This document shows, piece after piece, positions 1 through 8,419 of a DNA stretch of 33,969 nucleotides. Each line of letters begins with the position of its first letter. Positions within the stretch are counted from its first letter, which is position 1. Position numbers and translations under genes: made by a program. The stretch is from positions 1 to 33,969 of the forward strand of contig JAYUUN010000078.1 of NCBI GenBank assembly GCA_043754535.1. Direction: 5' to 3'. The notes beneath the pieces were generated by a model. The model was not told the origin of the DNA and ran no database searches. It saw only the letters and a program-made list of their open reading frames with translations. This stretch comes from Chloroflexota bacterium (GTDB taxonomy: Bacteria; Chloroflexota; Chloroflexia; QHBQ01).

Positions 1-441
1 CATATCAAGGCTATATAGCTCACCAACAGGTGCAGGCACAGACGACCACTGGCCGTTGCGATAGTGGAGTATGGTGTCCCCATCACTGATTATCCAACCC
101 TCGCTAGCTGACAGCATATCGATATCCTCCACAAGCCCAGCTTCAGGGTGTGGCTCGTCCTGCCACTTGCCGTCCTTGTAGTGCTGCACGATACTCTTAA
201 ACATGGGCTGGCTGAGACTAGTATTATGACCAACCAGCCAACCTTCATTGGCAGTGACCATGTGAATGCTTGCCAGTGAGCGGATGCGAATGTTACCCAC
301 TGCCGCGCCAATTAGCAGCAATGACAGCACACCCACGATGACCATAATTAGCAAAGCCAGCAGCACGATGCGTAGCGGGGTGAAGTTGCCGCGAGTGTTC
401 TGCTGGTTCAGCACGTAGCGGTTCGGGTCAGTTTTAGCCAT
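1..441 (-). CDS. Membrane-anchored beta-propeller repeat protein (YCF48-like blades), 3' end outside window; not in the ORF track
   Basis: Manual translation from ATG 441 (AAGGAG at 455-460) is open to base 1: MAKTDPNRY...LRIVLLALLIMVIVGVLSLLLIG (TM), then SIHMVTANEGWLVG...IVQHYKDGKW and DIDMLSASEGWII...TILHYRNGQW, the same blade motif as in 14782..18402. Confidence 0.85.
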   Translation of the reverse strand, partial: MAKTDPNRYVLNQQNTRGNFTPLRIVLLALLIMVIVGVLSLLLIGAAVGNIRIRSLASIHMVTANEGWLVGHNTSLSQPMFKSIVQHYKDGKWQDEPHPEAGLVEDIDMLSASEGWIISDGDTILHYRNGQWSSVPAPVGELYSLDM

Positions 442-531
442 TTGTGTTAGCTTGCTCCTTAATCATCCCCAAACCAATCCTTGTAGCTGAACAGGTCAGA
501 CTTCGGCGGCGGTTTGCTGTCGTTCCACTTC

Positions 532-540
532 ATTATACCA
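532..540 (-). promoter_or_regulatory. Extended -10 (TGGTATAAT) for the gene starting at 441; overlaps the GNAT stop codon
   Basis: Perfect TGnTATAAT about 90 nt upstream of ATG 441; the TAA of the upstream gene lies inside it. Confidence 0.5.
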
Positions 541-1120
541 CATCCCCATCCACCCCCAGTCCGCCTACCCGCTTCGCCATGAATATATCTGGCTTGCCAA
601 AGCCGTTAGCGTCGGGTAGCAGGCCCGCAACCACGTAGCCACATTTTTGGTAGAATGCAAAGGGGTGGCGGTCAAGATTACGGATGCGAGCAGCGTGGCC
701 GAGTACATCCGGGTAGAGGTCAACCGCGCCGACGCTGGTACTGCTGCTCAGGTCATCGGTGCCGAGCCAGACGGTTAGGCCGCCACGCTGCCGTACCTGC
801 TGCTCAAAGTCGGCCACCAGCAGGCTGCCGATCCCCTGACCTTGCACATTCGGATGTACTGCGAGAGGGTGCAGTTCCCAGACATTACCATCATAATCGC
901 TGCGCCCAGCAATCCAACCCAGCACCTTGTCGCCCTCGTCTAGCGCGATCCGGCTGATCCGCTCCGGCCCAAGCGACTCGCGCACTTCTTCCAGCCCAGC
1001 CGCAAGGTCGGGCCAGCCGGTCGGGTCGCCCGCGAAGGCTGCCAGCAACACGGTAGCGGTCTGCTCCACCGCCTGCCAGTCGGCAGCTAGCAAGTCAACT
1101 ATCTTAATCGCTCTCTGCAT
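533..1120 (-). CDS. GNAT N-acetyltransferase, AAC(6')-Ia-like
   Basis: Motifs WELHPLAVHP..QGQGIG, LGTDD...TS, HPFAFYQKCGY, PDANGFGKPDIFMAK are typical of the AAC(6')-Ia-related family. Start placed at ATG 1120 (MQRAIK); the extension to 1276 looks non-homologous. Confidence 0.85.
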   Translation of the reverse strand: MQRAIKIVDLLAADWQAVEQTATVLLAAFAGDPTGWPDLAAGLEEVRESLGPERISRIALDEGDKVLGWIAGRSDYDGNVWELHPLAVHPNVQGQGIGSLLVADFEQQVRQRGGLTVWLGTDDLSSSTSVGAVDLYPDVLGHAARIRNLDRHPFAFYQKCGYVVAGLLPDANGFGKPDIFMAKRVGGLGVDGDVV

Positions 1121-1326
1121 CCTCAAGCACCTGTGACTAGGATTAGCTGATTGAGCAGCCAGCCACGCACTGTATTCTACAGCTAATTTGCCAACTTGCC
1201 CAACCCTAGGATTGGTAAGTGCAGCAGACTTTTTGGCTCTACCCAGGCGTAGGTACTTGAGGAATGTCTGCCACATTCACCGATCCCAATCTTTGCAAAT
1301 CCCTACTATTTGGCTCGCCCAACCCC

Positions 1327-1357
1327 TTGACTCTCCAGTTAGGGGATGCTGTACAGT
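1327..1357 (+). promoter_or_regulatory. MerR-type promoter/operator (TTGACT-19 bp-TACAGT)
   Basis: -35 TTGACT at 1327-1332, 19-nt spacer CTCCAGTTAGGGGATGCTG with imperfect dyad, -10 TACAGT at 1352-1357, directly upstream of a MerR HTH fragment. Confidence 0.75.
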
Positions 1358-1396
1358 ACTCTTGCGCGCACAACCAGCCAGGTAGGGAGGGTACAG

Positions 1397-1504
1397 ATGA
1401 TCAAGATTGGCGACTTCGCCCGCTTCAGCCGGGCTTCGGTCAAGACGCTGCGGCACTACGATGAGATTAGCCTGCTCACCCGCCCATCGCTCGCTGCTCA
1501 CTAG
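1397..1504 (+). pseudogene. Truncated MerR-family (BmrR-like) regulator, 35 aa
   Basis: GGGAGG RBS, then MIKIGDFARFSRASVKTLRHYDEISLLTRPSLAAH*. This matches the MerR N-terminal HTH (IGDFA...SVKTLRHYDEIGLL); the rest of the gene is missing. Confidence 0.85.
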
Positions 1505-1541
1505 ACGACACACCCTTGCACCTGAACATACTGCCCTGATC

Positions 1542-1550
1542 TGGTATAAT
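1542..1550 (+). promoter_or_regulatory. Extended -10 (TGGTATAAT)
   Basis: TGnTATAAT 50 nt upstream of ATG 1600. Confidence 0.55.
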
Positions 1551-1599
1551 GGGCTGCAACTCTACAACCACCACGCAGCTTTAGACACTTTTGGAACAA

Positions 1600-2970
1600 A
1601 TGATGAACCAGCCTGAGATCACTTGCCCCCGCTGTGGGATGACCAACCCCCGTGCTGCTACAAACTGCGTGCGCTGTCGCGGTGTACTATCACCTACTGG
1701 CTACTCGCGCTATTCGGTGGTCAGTGCGCCTGCTCCAGCCACCGCCAGCGTTGGTCGCCCGCTGGATGTAGAGCGTATTAGGCGGCAACAGAAGACCCGT
1801 CGCTTCCTCATTCGCGCCATCCCTGCGCTGCTGCTCCTCCTTGCCGTCCTTTTGAGCATTAGCTTGATGGACAGGCACAACTACGATGATGTGCCAGTGA
1901 AGTCCCCCTTCCTGCCCACCAGCCCACCGAGCAGCACACCCAGCCCCAACCTGCCAGGGACGCAGACGGCGCAGGCGCGGGCGCGGGCTACCGAGATTGC
2001 CATCCCCACCCAGACTGCGCAAGCCCAGGCCACCGCGACAGCCAACAGCCTGCTGGCTCCCACGCTGACCGCAGAGGCAAGCTTGACCCGCAGCCTGACT
2101 GTCACTACTACGAAGGGGGTGCTGCGTGGTATCCTCTACAGCAGCGAGGCACAAGAGCAGATCGCCATGCTGGAAGCTGACCAGGCCGCCTTCAAAGGGC
2201 CGCTGACAATCGCGAACGACTATGTAGCCGTCGAACAGCCGGGAACAGTGATGCGTGGCTTGCCCAAGCGGAGCCAGCGGCCCGTCCAGAGTGGCAGCAT
2301 TGCCTTCGCCGTGGTGACAGACCAACCCGGTGCATTGGACGTGGACAGCCTCGTTCTCCTTAGAGCCGTACCTAGCAACCCCAGCGGCTACTACGTGATT
2401 GGATCGGTGACGGAGAACTCACAGTTGCTCGCTCTACTGGACCGAAGCGACCAGGTGTTGGCCCTGAAGGTGACCCTGGCGGACGGCAGTCAGCCGCTCG
2501 TCCCGCTCTACACACCCGCTCCGATCACGCTGATAACTGGTACACCCAGCGTGGATAGCAGTACTTCCCCCACCCACCAGATCACGATCAACACCAACAA
2601 GGGGGCAATAATCGGTGAACTCTATGCCAATGCCGCTCCAGTCAGTGTCGCCAACCTGATCGGCAACAGCAGCCAACTAGCTGGGTCTATCAAGAAAAAC
2701 GTCAACATAGACTTTGCTCCAGTTGGTCACATTGGGAAGTACAGCTCACTTGAAAGGAACTTTCTGCCCTGCAAGGTGGGTAGTCTGATGCTAGACACAG
2801 CCGGTGGCGAGGTAAACAGTACCACTCTCTTTTGGTCGAAGCGCGATGACTTGAGCATCTGCAACGGCTACCTGATCGTCGGCCAGCTAACCAGCAACGC
2901 CAGCCTGGTAGACCGCTTGGCAGATGGTGATCAGATCACCAGCGTAGATGTCACGGCAGTGAGCCGATGA
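1600..2970 (+). CDS. Zinc-ribbon + single TM + Thr/Pro linker + two degenerate cyclophilin-like domains
   Basis: CPRCG..CVRC ribbon, TM AIPALLLLLAVLLSISLM, then LTVTTTKGVLRGILY...YYVIGSVT and ITINTNKGAIIGELYANAAPVSVANL...YLIVGQLT..LVDRLADGDQITSVDV, resembling cyclophilin N- and C-terminal strands. Start could be 1591, 1600 or 1603. Confidence 0.75.
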   Translation: MMNQPEITCPRCGMTNPRAATNCVRCRGVLSPTGYSRYSVVSAPAPATASVGRPLDVERIRRQQKTRRFLIRAIPALLLLLAVLLSISLMDRHNYDDVPVKSPFLPTSPPSSTPSPNLPGTQTAQARARATEIAIPTQTAQAQATATANSLLAPTLTAEASLTRSLTVTTTKGVLRGILYSSEAQEQIAMLEADQAAFKGPLTIANDYVAVEQPGTVMRGLPKRSQRPVQSGSIAFAVVTDQPGALDVDSLVLLRAVPSNPSGYYVIGSVTENSQLLALLDRSDQVLALKVTLADGSQPLVPLYTPAPITLITGTPSVDSSTSPTHQITINTNKGAIIGELYANAAPVSVANLIGNSSQLAGSIKKNVNIDFAPVGHIGKYSSLERNFLPCKVGSLMLDTAGGEVNSTTLFWSKRDDLSICNGYLIVGQLTSNASLVDRLADGDQITSVDVTAVSR

Positions 2971-3152
2971 GCGAACCAGCGGTGCAGTGTCCACGTTGCG
3001 GGGCAGACAGGCCACGGGCTGCCAACACCTGTGTGCGCTGTCGCGGCGTATTGCCCAGCAACTTCAGCAACTACGTGGTGACCGCTAGGGGCGAAATTAC
3101 CCTGATTGCTGCCAACCTGACTGCCTTGCTAGACGAGATCGCTGCGCCATGA
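2967..3152 (+). CDS. 61-aa zinc-ribbon protein; probable internally deleted paralog of the upstream gene
   Basis: CPRCGADRPRAANTCVRCRGVL versus CPRCGMTNPRAATNCVRCRGVL upstream; ATGA overlaps with both neighbours. Confidence 0.7.
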   Translation: MSEPAVQCPRCGADRPRAANTCVRCRGVLPSNFSNYVVTARGEITLIAANLTALLDEIAAP

Positions 3153-4354
3153 AGATTGCCCACCTCGCCCGCGCCGTCTACCCGCAAAGTGGCACTGGCG
3201 GTCTAGAGCGGCACGTCTATCACCTGACCCGCCACCTGCTGCTGCTCGGCCACGAGGTTGAGTTGTTCGTGCAGGCTTCAGCCAACCTCCCCCCCGACTT
3301 CGGCCCTGGCTGTGCGGGCGCGCCGCTGAAGCTGCACTATCTACCCTACAGCCGCCTGCCCCTGCGCCGTAACTCGGTGGCCGACCGCGTAACTAACTAT
3401 CCCCTCTTTGCGCGGGCGATGGGGCGTGAAGTGGCTGCCCTGGTCGCAGCGGGTGGCGCAGAGGTCGTCCACGCTCACGGCCTCTGCGCGGAGGGTTACG
3501 CTGCGGCACGGCATGGCCTGCGCGTGCCACTGGTGATGAACCCCCACGGCCTGGAAGACTTCAAGGTGCGCGATTGGCGCAAGTGGCTGGCCTACGCCCC
3601 CTTCCGCACCCTCTATCGTCGGGGGGCGCAGGCCGCCCAGCGGGTGATAGCCACCGACATGGCGATGGTAGAGGAGGTGCGCGACTACCTGCATCTGCCT
3701 GCTCGTCGTGTGGTTGTGCTGCCCAATGCGGTTGACGAGGAGGAGGCCACCGCCCGACTCGACCCAGCAATACAGGCGACACTGCGCCAGCGGCTTGCCC
3801 TCGACGGCCAGTTTGTGCTGCTCAGCGTCGGGCGGGTAGAGGCGAACAAGGGCTTCGACGGGCTGCTCAAGGCTTTGCACCTGGCCCGCAGGGAGTTGCC
3901 AGCCGAGTGGCGGTGGCTGCTGGTTGGCAGCGGTGGCGAGTTGGCCCGGCTAGAAACTATCGTGCAGGTGCTTGGCCTGGCAAGCCACGTCAGCTTCCTC
4001 GGCGCACTGCCCGACGCAGAGTTGAGCAACCTCTATCCCCTTGCCGACCTCTTTGTTCACCCCACCCTCTATGAGGGCAGTGCGCTTGTGGTGATGGAGG
4101 CGATGTTGCACGGCCTGCCAGTAGTAGCAACCAACGTGGGTGGCATCCCCGACAAGGTGCGGGAGCGGGAGACTGGCTGGCTAGTTGCCCCTGACGACAT
4201 TGAGGGGCTGGCGCGTGCTATAATGGCGGCGGCAAGTTCGCTGGCCCGCCACGAGATGGGCGCAGCCGGGCGCAGGCTGATGCTCGAGCGCTACACCTGG
4301 CCCGCCGTGGCTCGCCAGACCGTGGCCCTCTACGCCGAGTTGCTGGCTGCCTAG
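3149..4354 (+). CDS. Glycosyltransferase family 4 (GT-B)
   Basis: GGLERHV, VVHAHG, VLPNAVD, VGRVEANKG, and EX7E motif YEGSALVVMEAM, PVVATNVGG. Confidence 0.95.
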   Translation: MKIAHLARAVYPQSGTGGLERHVYHLTRHLLLLGHEVELFVQASANLPPDFGPGCAGAPLKLHYLPYSRLPLRRNSVADRVTNYPLFARAMGREVAALVAAGGAEVVHAHGLCAEGYAAARHGLRVPLVMNPHGLEDFKVRDWRKWLAYAPFRTLYRRGAQAAQRVIATDMAMVEEVRDYLHLPARRVVVLPNAVDEEEATARLDPAIQATLRQRLALDGQFVLLSVGRVEANKGFDGLLKALHLARRELPAEWRWLLVGSGGELARLETIVQVLGLASHVSFLGALPDAELSNLYPLADLFVHPTLYEGSALVVMEAMLHGLPVVATNVGGIPDKVRERETGWLVAPDDIEGLARAIMAAASSLARHEMGAAGRRLMLERYTWPAVARQTVALYAELLAA

Positions 4355-4453
4355 CCCCGCCAGCAGTCCGCTCGTCACCTGGAGGCCTGCCAACCGTCTA
4401 ACCTGTTGGTGGCCCGATATTCCGGCGGCGATCCGCAAAGAGAGATAAACCGT

Positions 4454-7426
4454 TTGACTTACCTGAAGCTGCTGCTGTTCCCCTTCATCCTCTACCTGCC
4501 TGGGCTAGCAATCTATATTGCGGCTCTGCCCCGCCGCCGTGTCTGGGGCGGTTCGCTTGCCGAGGCGGTCTTCGTACAGTTCACCCTGGGCGGCCTCTAC
4601 GCAGGGGCGGTTGGCTTTGGGCTGGCCGAGATTGGGCTGTTCAGCCTGCCTGCGCTGCTGGTGGCCTGCGTGCTGCCTGCCGCCCTGCTGCTCTATCGCT
4701 ATCGCCACACCCTCCGCTCAACCTCCATACGGAAGCAGCGAGAGAGCGGGGTGGGCAGGGCGGACATCCCCCCGCGATGGGAGCCACTGCTGCTGGCGGC
4801 CCTCTTGCTGCTGGGGCTGAGCCTGTTCATGCGCCCAGCAGAGATGATCCGTGGGACGCTGGATGCGGGGGTCTACGCCAACAGCGGGGCGCACATTGCC
4901 CAGCATGGCAGCGTACTGATCAAAGACCCGATCCTGCTGAACATGAGCGACGGCGAGATACGGCAGTTCTTCGCGGGCCTCAACCCCGCTCGCTACAGCC
5001 TGAACCGCCAACGCTTTCCTGGTTTCTACATCTTCGACAAGAATGACCGCCAGGGGGTGGCTCTGGTTGACCCACAGCACTACTCGCTCTATCCTGTCTG
5101 GCTGGCGATTTTCTACGCGGTGGCTGGCGAACGCGGAGAGTTCTACGCCACGCCCTACTTGATGCTGCTAGGGTTGCTGGCGGTCTACTTCGCGGGCAAG
5201 CGGCTGTTCGGCGGCTGGCCCGCACTAGTAGGCGCATCGCTGCTGGCGGTAAACACCACCGAGGTCTGGTTCGCCCGCTATCCGGTAACGGAGACTCCCC
5301 GCCAGTGGTTGGGCTTCGCTGCCTTCTACGCCTTTGCAGTCTTTGTCACTATGCAGCGGCGGCTCGAACGCGCCCGCAGCCAGGCCATTCCACCCCCACG
5401 CGCTCGCCTTGCTCGGCTACGAGGAGCAACACGCGCGTTCGCGGTGCTGGCGGCAGTCTGTCTGGGTCAGATCGGCTGGCTGCACCCGGAGTTTCTATTT
5501 TACATCCTGCCACTACCGCTCTACGTTGGCTGGCTGCTGCTGGCGCGGCGATGGCGGGCGGAACATTGGTGGTTCTTCGTTCCCTTCCTACTCACGCTAG
5601 CCGTTACCCTACTGCACATCTTCTTCTTCACCTACCCGTACACCTTTGACCTGTTCTATGGCATAATCCAGGGTCTCAGACGCAGTTCGGGGCGCATCTT
5701 CCTGCTCCTGTATGGCGGGCTGGGTCTCCTGCTACTGCTAGTCGTGCTACTGCGAAGCGCACGGACGCAGGGGTTGCGCGAGTGGGCGGTGCGCCGCTGG
5801 CAGCGGGGGCAGCGCATCATATTGCTGGCTGTTGCTCTGGTGGCTGGAGGTTACCTGGGTTATGTGTATCTGATCCAGCCTCACCTGTTCGGCGAACTGC
5901 TCAAGCTGCTGACGAAGCCAGGCCAGAGTACCTACATCGGCGCGTCGCTGCCTCTCGACCGCATGGCCTTCAAGGACGGCATCCCCCACGACCCAGACTT
6001 CAACATGGTCAAGCTCGGCTGGTACTTCTCGCCGCTGGGCATCGTGATGGCGGGCGGCGGGCTGATGCTAGCTCTCTACCGCAGGCTGCGGCTACAAAGT
6101 GCGCCCTTCTTCCTGATGCTGGCGATCACCCTACTCATCTTCATCGGCCAGAGCTACACCGATCCACACTACATCTACACAGCCCGTCGTTACATTCCAA
6201 TCATCGTGCCAGCCTTCAGCTTGCTGATCGGCTTCTGGATTTACGACTTCGGCTTCTGGCTTAGGCGCAAACTGCCAGTAGCAGCCGCCCCCAGCAGATG
6301 GGCCAGGCTGCAACCGCTAAAGTCACTAGTGGCGGTCGCTAGCTATCTGCTGCTGCTATCCTTCTTTGTCTACACCCTGCTGCCCATCTTCAGCCACGTG
6401 GAAGAAAGAGGGGCGATTGAGCAGGTGAGCGAACTGGCGGGCCGCTTTGAGCCACACAGCCTCCTGCTATTCAGCGGGCAGTGGGGGCAGGATGCGGTGG
6501 TAGCGACCCCGCTCGAATACTTCTACGGCCACGACGCACTCGCACTCGCCCAATCGCCCGCGCAGATCAGTCCAGCCACCGTGCAGGACGCGATCTACTG
6601 CTGGCTGGCCCAGCCGAGGCAGATTGCCAACCCCGACAAACTCGCGCTCTGCAAGCAGAAGTCACCGCGCAATCTTTACCTGTTGCTGGGGGCGAACGGG
6701 GGGCAACTCGACCTACCAGGCTTCGACTACCAACCAGTAGGTGAGTGGAGCTACCAGGTACCAGAGTTGCAGCAACGCTACGCTGACAAACCGCTGAATG
6801 TGACGCTCAGTTCACGGCTCAACTATGGCATCTATCGGCTGGTACCGCGTGGCAGCATCACCCCCACCCTACCGCTGACGATAGACGTAGGCGGTGCGCA
6901 TGACTACCAGTACCAGATCGCGGGCTGGAGCGAGAAGGAGAGCGACAAGGCGGGCAATAGCTATCGCTGGGTGAACAGCAGCAGCGACGCGACGATGAGC
7001 GATGCGCGCACGAGTTTGCGCCTGCCTATCCCTCTCGCCGCCAGCAGCATTACAATCACCATGCGGGTGTCACCCGGCCCAGCAGAGCGCAACACACCAG
7101 CCGCTCTGCGCCTGACCCTGGCCGACGGCACGCCAGTGATCAGCAGCAGCCTCGCCCTGACCCCAGCCTCGGCGGGGGTGGGGATCACTAGCTTCTACAC
7201 CCTGACAGGGACGGTGCAACTGCCTGCCAACCACGAGCAGTGGCTGCGCCTCAACCTGGCCGCTAGCCCCTGGCAGCCCAGCGACGACCCGCGCCGCCTG
7301 GGGGTGCAGGTTGACAGCATCCGAGTGGATGGGAGGTTAGAGCCAACCCGCGTGCTAGCCCAGCAGCTTGCTGAGGCGGCCACCCAGGGTGAAGCCGAGG
7401 GCGGCTCCAACTACAAGGGCAAGTAG
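4454..7426 (+). CDS. Polytopic membrane protein, probable GT-C-fold glycosyltransferase (PMT/ArnT-like) with C-terminal extracellular domain
   Basis: More than 12 hydrophobic segments, loop motif DAGVY, LYPVWLA, WFARYPVTE, ARRYIPIIVP; C-terminal GWSEKE..YRW..DPRRLGVQVD domain. TTG 4454 preferred as start (ORF open from 4406). Confidence 0.7.
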   Translation: MTYLKLLLFPFILYLPGLAIYIAALPRRRVWGGSLAEAVFVQFTLGGLYAGAVGFGLAEIGLFSLPALLVACVLPAALLLYRYRHTLRSTSIRKQRESGVGRADIPPRWEPLLLAALLLLGLSLFMRPAEMIRGTLDAGVYANSGAHIAQHGSVLIKDPILLNMSDGEIRQFFAGLNPARYSLNRQRFPGFYIFDKNDRQGVALVDPQHYSLYPVWLAIFYAVAGERGEFYATPYLMLLGLLAVYFAGKRLFGGWPALVGASLLAVNTTEVWFARYPVTETPRQWLGFAAFYAFAVFVTMQRRLERARSQAIPPPRARLARLRGATRAFAVLAAVCLGQIGWLHPEFLFYILPLPLYVGWLLLARRWRAEHWWFFVPFLLTLAVTLLHIFFFTYPYTFDLFYGIIQGLRRSSGRIFLLLYGGLGLLLLLVVLLRSARTQGLREWAVRRWQRGQRIILLAVALVAGGYLGYVYLIQPHLFGELLKLLTKPGQSTYIGASLPLDRMAFKDGIPHDPDFNMVKLGWYFSPLGIVMAGGGLMLALYRRLRLQSAPFFLMLAITLLIFIGQSYTDPHYIYTARRYIPIIVPAFSLLIGFWIYDFGFWLRRKLPVAAAPSRWARLQPLKSLVAVASYLLLLSFFVYTLLPIFSHVEERGAIEQVSELAGRFEPHSLLLFSGQWGQDAVVATPLEYFYGHDALALAQSPAQISPATVQDAIYCWLAQPRQIANPDKLALCKQKSPRNLYLLLGANGGQLDLPGFDYQPVGEWSYQVPELQQRYADKPLNVTLSSRLNYGIYRLVPRGSITPTLPLTIDVGGAHDYQYQIAGWSEKESDKAGNSYRWVNSSSDATMSDARTSLRLPIPLAASSITITMRVSPGPAERNTPAALRLTLADGTPVISSSLALTPASAGVGITSFYTLTGTVQLPANHEQWLRLNLAASPWQPSDDPRRLGVQVDSIRVDGRLEPTRVLAQQLAEAATQGEAEGGSNYKGK

Positions 7427-8419
7427 CACGGTGGCGAACAGCCCAGTCGGGTTGGCAGTCAAGCCAAGCAGGGCAGCGAGCGCGAAGATCAACAGCGCGC
7501 CGACGAGGAACAGCAGCACTGGCCCTACCCAGCGCACAACTCGGTGGTCTGCGGCAGACTGGGCAGCAGGATTGCCGAGGGTGCCGAGCTTGAGGCGCAT
7601 ACTGGGCCGGGGCAGCGGTTGACGTGGGCGACTGGCTTTGGCGGCCTGCGGCGGCTTCATGCCTGGTGGCAGCGGGGGAGGCAGGCGGCTCAGGTTGCCA
7701 GTGCTGGATCGGGTAGGAGAGGCAGGCGGGGGAGTCTGCTCTGGCAATGGCAGAGCCACCAGGCGGCTGCGGGCTGGCTCTGCTCCCTGCGTCTTATTGC
7801 CGCCAGTAGAGAGCCGCTCGTTGCTGGCGGTGCGCTGCACTGTGGCGGTGCGCTGCTGACCCGTGGCTGCCCGCTGCGGGCCAGTGGCCGCACGAGATTG
7901 GCTGGCGGTGACAGGTTGGGGAGAGGCAGGGGGGGGCGGTTGGGGCATCGATTGCACCAACGGCTGCACCACGGGCTGGGGCATCGCTTGCCCAGGGCTG
8001 GGTTGCGCAGCCGTTGGGAGGGTATGGGTAGCTGGGCTGCTGGTCGGGGCGAACCGCTTGAACAGGTCGCGCACCGTCAGTTCGTAGCTGGCGACGAAAG
8101 CCTGGTCGAAGCTCGGTGCGCTGTCCTGGCGCAGACGCAACACCAGTTCGTTGACCTGGGCTACCTTCTGTATTACCCGCTCGTCGCTGCCGCTGATCCG
8201 CAGGTGGTCTAGCAACTCCTTCCAGGTGGCGAAGGCAGCAGCCATACTGTTGGGGCGCAATTGGGCGATCTGGGCGCGCAGCAGGTTCTCCAACGCATCT
8301 TGCAAGGCAGGCAGGCAGGCGGTTAGCTGCTGGGCGCGAAAGAGTTCGCGGGCCTGGGCGTACTCAGACCTGGCTTGCTCGATATACTGGTTGTACGTCA
8401 GGTTTGCTGGTTGAGCCAT
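7355..8419 (-). CDS. Hypothetical protein: helical HEPN-like N-terminus, Pro/Gln-rich linker, two C-terminal TMs
   Basis: 354-aa ORF with GGGAG upstream; YIEQARSEYAQARELF...ALQDALENLLRA resembles HEPN helices; two hydrophobic stretches at the end. Confidence 0.7.
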   Translation of the reverse strand: MAQPANLTYNQYIEQARSEYAQARELFRAQQLTACLPALQDALENLLRAQIAQLRPNSMAAAFATWKELLDHLRISGSDERVIQKVAQVNELVLRLRQDSAPSFDQAFVASYELTVRDLFKRFAPTSSPATHTLPTAAQPSPGQAMPQPVVQPLVQSMPQPPPPASPQPVTASQSRAATGPQRAATGQQRTATVQRTASNERLSTGGNKTQGAEPARSRLVALPLPEQTPPPASPTRSSTGNLSRLPPPLPPGMKPPQAAKASRPRQPLPRPSMRLKLGTLGNPAAQSAADHRVVRWVGPVLLFLVGALLIFALAALLGLTANPTGLFATVLLALVVGAALGFTLGGRLSKLLG

